Shown: positions 61,615 to 64,000 of the stretch, piece by piece
Layout of the letters: each line of letters begins with the position of its first letter
How positions within the stretch are numbered: the first letter of the stretch is position 1
Assembly (NCBI GenBank): GCA_963841735.1
Contig: CAWJDT010000001.1
Location: 1,408,001-1,472,000, forward strand
DNA from: an uncultured Actinomycetes bacterium
GTDB lineage: Bacteria > Actinomycetota > Thermoleophilia > RBG-16-64-13
Direction: 5' to 3'
Length of the DNA: 64,000 nucleotides
Notes under the pieces: generated by a model
What the model was told of the DNA's origin: nothing
The model's input: only the letters and a program-made list of their open reading frames with translations
Database searches by the model: none
Made by a program: the position numbers and the translations under genes

Positions 61615-63264
61615 CTAGGTTGCCGCGATGAGTCGGGACCGTAGGTTGTAGAGCATCTGGGCCACTTCGCCGCGGTTGGCGTAGCTCGAGGTGTTCCAGC
61701 TTGCCAGTGTGCCCGCTGGGCCGGTGATGCCGTCTAGCAACCCGTTGTACTCGGCGGTGCGGATGTTCTGCCCGTGGGTCGGATCGGTGTAGCTGAGCAC
61801 TCCCGTCCAGCCGATAGGCGGGGTCGCGAGCGCTTCTTCGCGGTCGCCCGCTCGGACGATCATGGTGATCAACTGCTTGCGAGTGATGTTGTTGAACGGT
61901 CTGAACGTGTGGTCCGTGTAGCCTATCGTGAGGCCCGTAAACGCGGCTTTAGCAACGTAGTGGTAGGCATACAGCTCTCCGTCTACGTGGGTGATGGTGG
62001 ATGCATCCACGAAGGTGCATATGTCACTTAGCGTGGCCGTGTAACCCGCCGGCCGGTAGCTCGCCATGGTGATTATGATCATCTTGGCGAATTGTTGCCG
62101 CAAAGCCAGGTTGAGGGGCCGGAAGTAGCCGTCTTCGTACCCTTCGATGATCCCTTGGGCGGCGATGTCGTTGATGGCTACGGAGTACTGGTTGCCGGTG
62201 GGTACGTCTGGGAAGAGCGGGGCCTCTGAGGTAGGCACTGCGAAATACAGCCCTGTGGTGCCGAACCAAGCCAGCCCGGAGGCGGAGAGTTCTGGGGATT
62301 GGGGAGTGTCGGACACCGTGGAGATCTTGGTTGTGTTGCTGGTAGTGGAGTTGTAGCACATGATGGCCGGCGCATTGGTGGTCTGCCAGGCCACGTAGTC
62401 GGCGTTCACCGAGGGGTTGATGTTGCCCTTGGCGTCGGCGGTGAGCGCGGTGGTGATTCCCGTCCCGATGTCGTAGAGCTGGGTCTGATAGGTGAGCGAG
62501 GTGTCGGGAGCCTCCGCTGTCCATACATCACCCGAGGCCCACACCACTCGGCCCGAGTCGATGCGCGGATGCTCGTTGGCCCTAGTGCCAGCACCGCTAG
62601 AGGCGATGGTCACCGCCGTGTTGGAGAGCAGGTTGTAGAGAACTATCTCCGTAGCGTTGCCGCCGGGGACGCTTTTGACGCAGACCATGTAGTCGCCCCA
62701 GATGTCCGGCTGGCGGTACTGATCGCCAGGCAAGAGCAGCTTGGTCACCTCGGAGTCCACGGTGTATAGGTAGATGCCCGGCGCGGCGCTCCCGCCCTGC
62801 ATGTCCTTCTCCCAAACGACTCGGCCGCCATCCATGCGCGGGCTCCAGTCATTCCAGTCTCCCTCGTCAATGTTGTGGGTGACCTGTGTGACCGCACCCG
62901 TGCCCGTGTTGTACAAGTAGATGTCGTCGTAGCCGCCGGCCCTGGCTGCCTGGTATGCCACCCAGGGATCGTCAGCGCAGGGATTGTAGTAGGGGCCGGT
63001 GATCCCCGTGGCCGGAATCAGCGTGTTGAGGCCGCTATTCAGGTTGAAGACGTATGTCTTGGCGTAGCTGCCCGCAGCGGTGCCTGTCCAGGGCACGAAA
63101 CTGCCGTCGGTGGACACGAACGTGGGAGTCGCATCCAGGACCGGCAAGGGGATAGCCCGCACCTGCCATGCGTCGTCGGCCGCGAAGGCGGTCCCTCCAA
63201 GGCCGAGCGTTAGCGTCGTCGCGCACACTGCGACGAGCAGTGGGATAAGCGTCTTCCTTCTCAC
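61615..63264 (-). CDS. Secreted S-layer homology (SLH) domain protein with beta-propeller-like repeats
   Basis: Signal peptide (AFA), repeats DIYLYN/IYLYT/IVLYN/TQLYD, SLH motifs FPDV...GIIEGYEDGYFRP, ITRKQ, NRGEVAQMLYN. Confidence 0.82.
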   Translation of the reverse strand: MRRKTLIPLLVAVCATTLTLGLGGTAFAADDAWQVRAIPLPVLDATPTFVSTDGSFVPWTGTAAGSYAKTYVFNLNSGLNTLIPATGITGPYYNPCADDPWVAYQAARAGGYDDIYLYNTGTGAVTQVTHNIDEGDWNDWSPRMDGGRVVWEKDMQGGSAAPGIYLYTVDSEVTKLLLPGDQYRQPDIWGDYMVCVKSVPGGNATEIVLYNLLSNTAVTIASSGAGTRANEHPRIDSGRVVWASGDVWTAEAPDTSLTYQTQLYDIGTGITTALTADAKGNINPSVNADYVAWQTTNAPAIMCYNSTTSNTTKISTVSDTPQSPELSASGLAWFGTTGLYFAVPTSEAPLFPDVPTGNQYSVAINDIAAQGIIEGYEDGYFRPLNLALRQQFAKMIIITMASYRPAGYTATLSDICTFVDASTITHVDGELYAYHYVAKAAFTGLTIGYTDHTFRPFNNITRKQLITMIVRAGDREEALATPPIGWTGVLSYTDPTHGQNIRTAEYNGLLDGITGPAGTLASWNTSSYANRGEVAQMLYNLRSRLIAAT

Positions 63265-63439
63265 TGCACACCCCCGGGGCCGGAGAACGCCTGCGGTGGT
63301 CTAGCTACCGATCGCTCTCGTCTCATATTGGTCTCTGCTCTTATTGGTCCCTCTTCGCCATTATCCTGCTACGTGGCCTGCGAATCGGCCCCGTAATGGC
63401 GGGTTGGGTAGCTGTGGAGGGTGGTGCCGCGACAGCGGT

Positions 63440-64000
63440 CTAAAAGCGCATAGCTCTGACGTAATGCTCCTGAAAGGTTGGGTCGTTGGCCAACTCCACA
63501 TACTGCACCTTGTCTGCCACCCAGGCGGCCTCTCGGCGCTTGCTTCCTACTCAGCAGGGCAAAACGGGCGCCGTCGCCGGCGGCGTTGCCAACGGAGGTC
63601 ACTCGGTCGGGTGGGCAGTCGGGCAGCATTCCGATGGCCAGCGCATGATATTTGTCTATGTAGGTGCCGAATGCCCCGGCCAGGACGACGCGGTCGGGCT
63701 GGTCGATGCCATACCTTTGGAGCAGGATGTCGGCGCCGGCCCGGAGGGCGGCCTTGGCCAGTTGAAGAGCGCGGATGTCCTTTAGCGATACGGTGATAGC
63801 GCGGCCTATGGCCGTCTCCTCGGGCTTGGCGATCACGAATCTGCGAGGCCTGCCCTTTTCTAGGATGATGCGGTTGTTCACCAAGTCGGGAGCGAAGCCC
63901 CCATCGGGGAGGATGACTCCGGCTCTATACATCTCGGCCGCCGCCTCGATGATGCCCGAGCCGCATATGCCGAGAGCCGCGCCTTCGCCGGCCGCCTGCT
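63440..64000 (-). CDS. ASKHA/DUF4445 corrinoid reductive activator (RACE/RamA-like), 5'-truncated by window edge; frameshift ~63545
   Basis: GICGSGII, DIRALQLAKAA, VLAGAFG, VGNAAGDGA; shifted C-term VQYVELANDPTFQEHYVRAMRF*. Confidence 0.85.

Noticed and set aside
1-64000. CRISPR arrays, tRNA/rRNA, transposases, prophage, defence systems
   Set aside because: No spaced direct repeats, RNA gene signatures or relevant protein motifs were seen.

Overview
GC-rich bacterial chromosomal segment from an apparent anaerobe, probably an actinobacterial lineage such as Thermoleophilia. This is inferred from the PimA-like GT4, the HisKA_3/NarL two-component system, a likely leaderless start and the SLH protein, and was not tested. 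About 55 CDS are present. No rRNA, tRNA, CRISPR or transposase was recognised. About 17 genes are split by small indels, most consistent with long-read assembly error, and I reconstructed them across frames. The centrepiece (9.4-26 kb) is a divergent C1/methyl-metabolism locus. Leftward: a GntR-UTRA regulator, a B12-binding protein and a ~1370-aa single-chain formate dehydrogenase. The FDH carries an internal GltD-like NAD(P)H module and an in-frame UGA with an fdhF-type SECIS hairpin (selenocysteine). Rightward: fhs-fchA-folD-metV-metF-lpdA, followed not by the acs/CODH genes but by a corrinoid methyltransferase set (corrinoid protein, UroD-family MT, DUF1638, AcsE-like MT). A corrinoid activator (ASKHA/RACE) lies at the right edge. 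FolD has a CxxC...CxxC zinc-ribbon insertion and lacks the cyclohydrolase Lys/Gln. Other content: an ECF sigma with a putative anti-sigma bearing an FtsX-type extracellular domain next to an orphan murD; a tandem pit-DUF47 duplication; a TCS-ABC module with shared palindromic operators; an ADP-forming acyl-CoA ligase with a CoA-transferase-GNAT fusion; gabT-aor; ilvDBNC; an otsB-DUF5752-treT-otsA trehalose operon; and an unlisted 40-aa membrane ORF.
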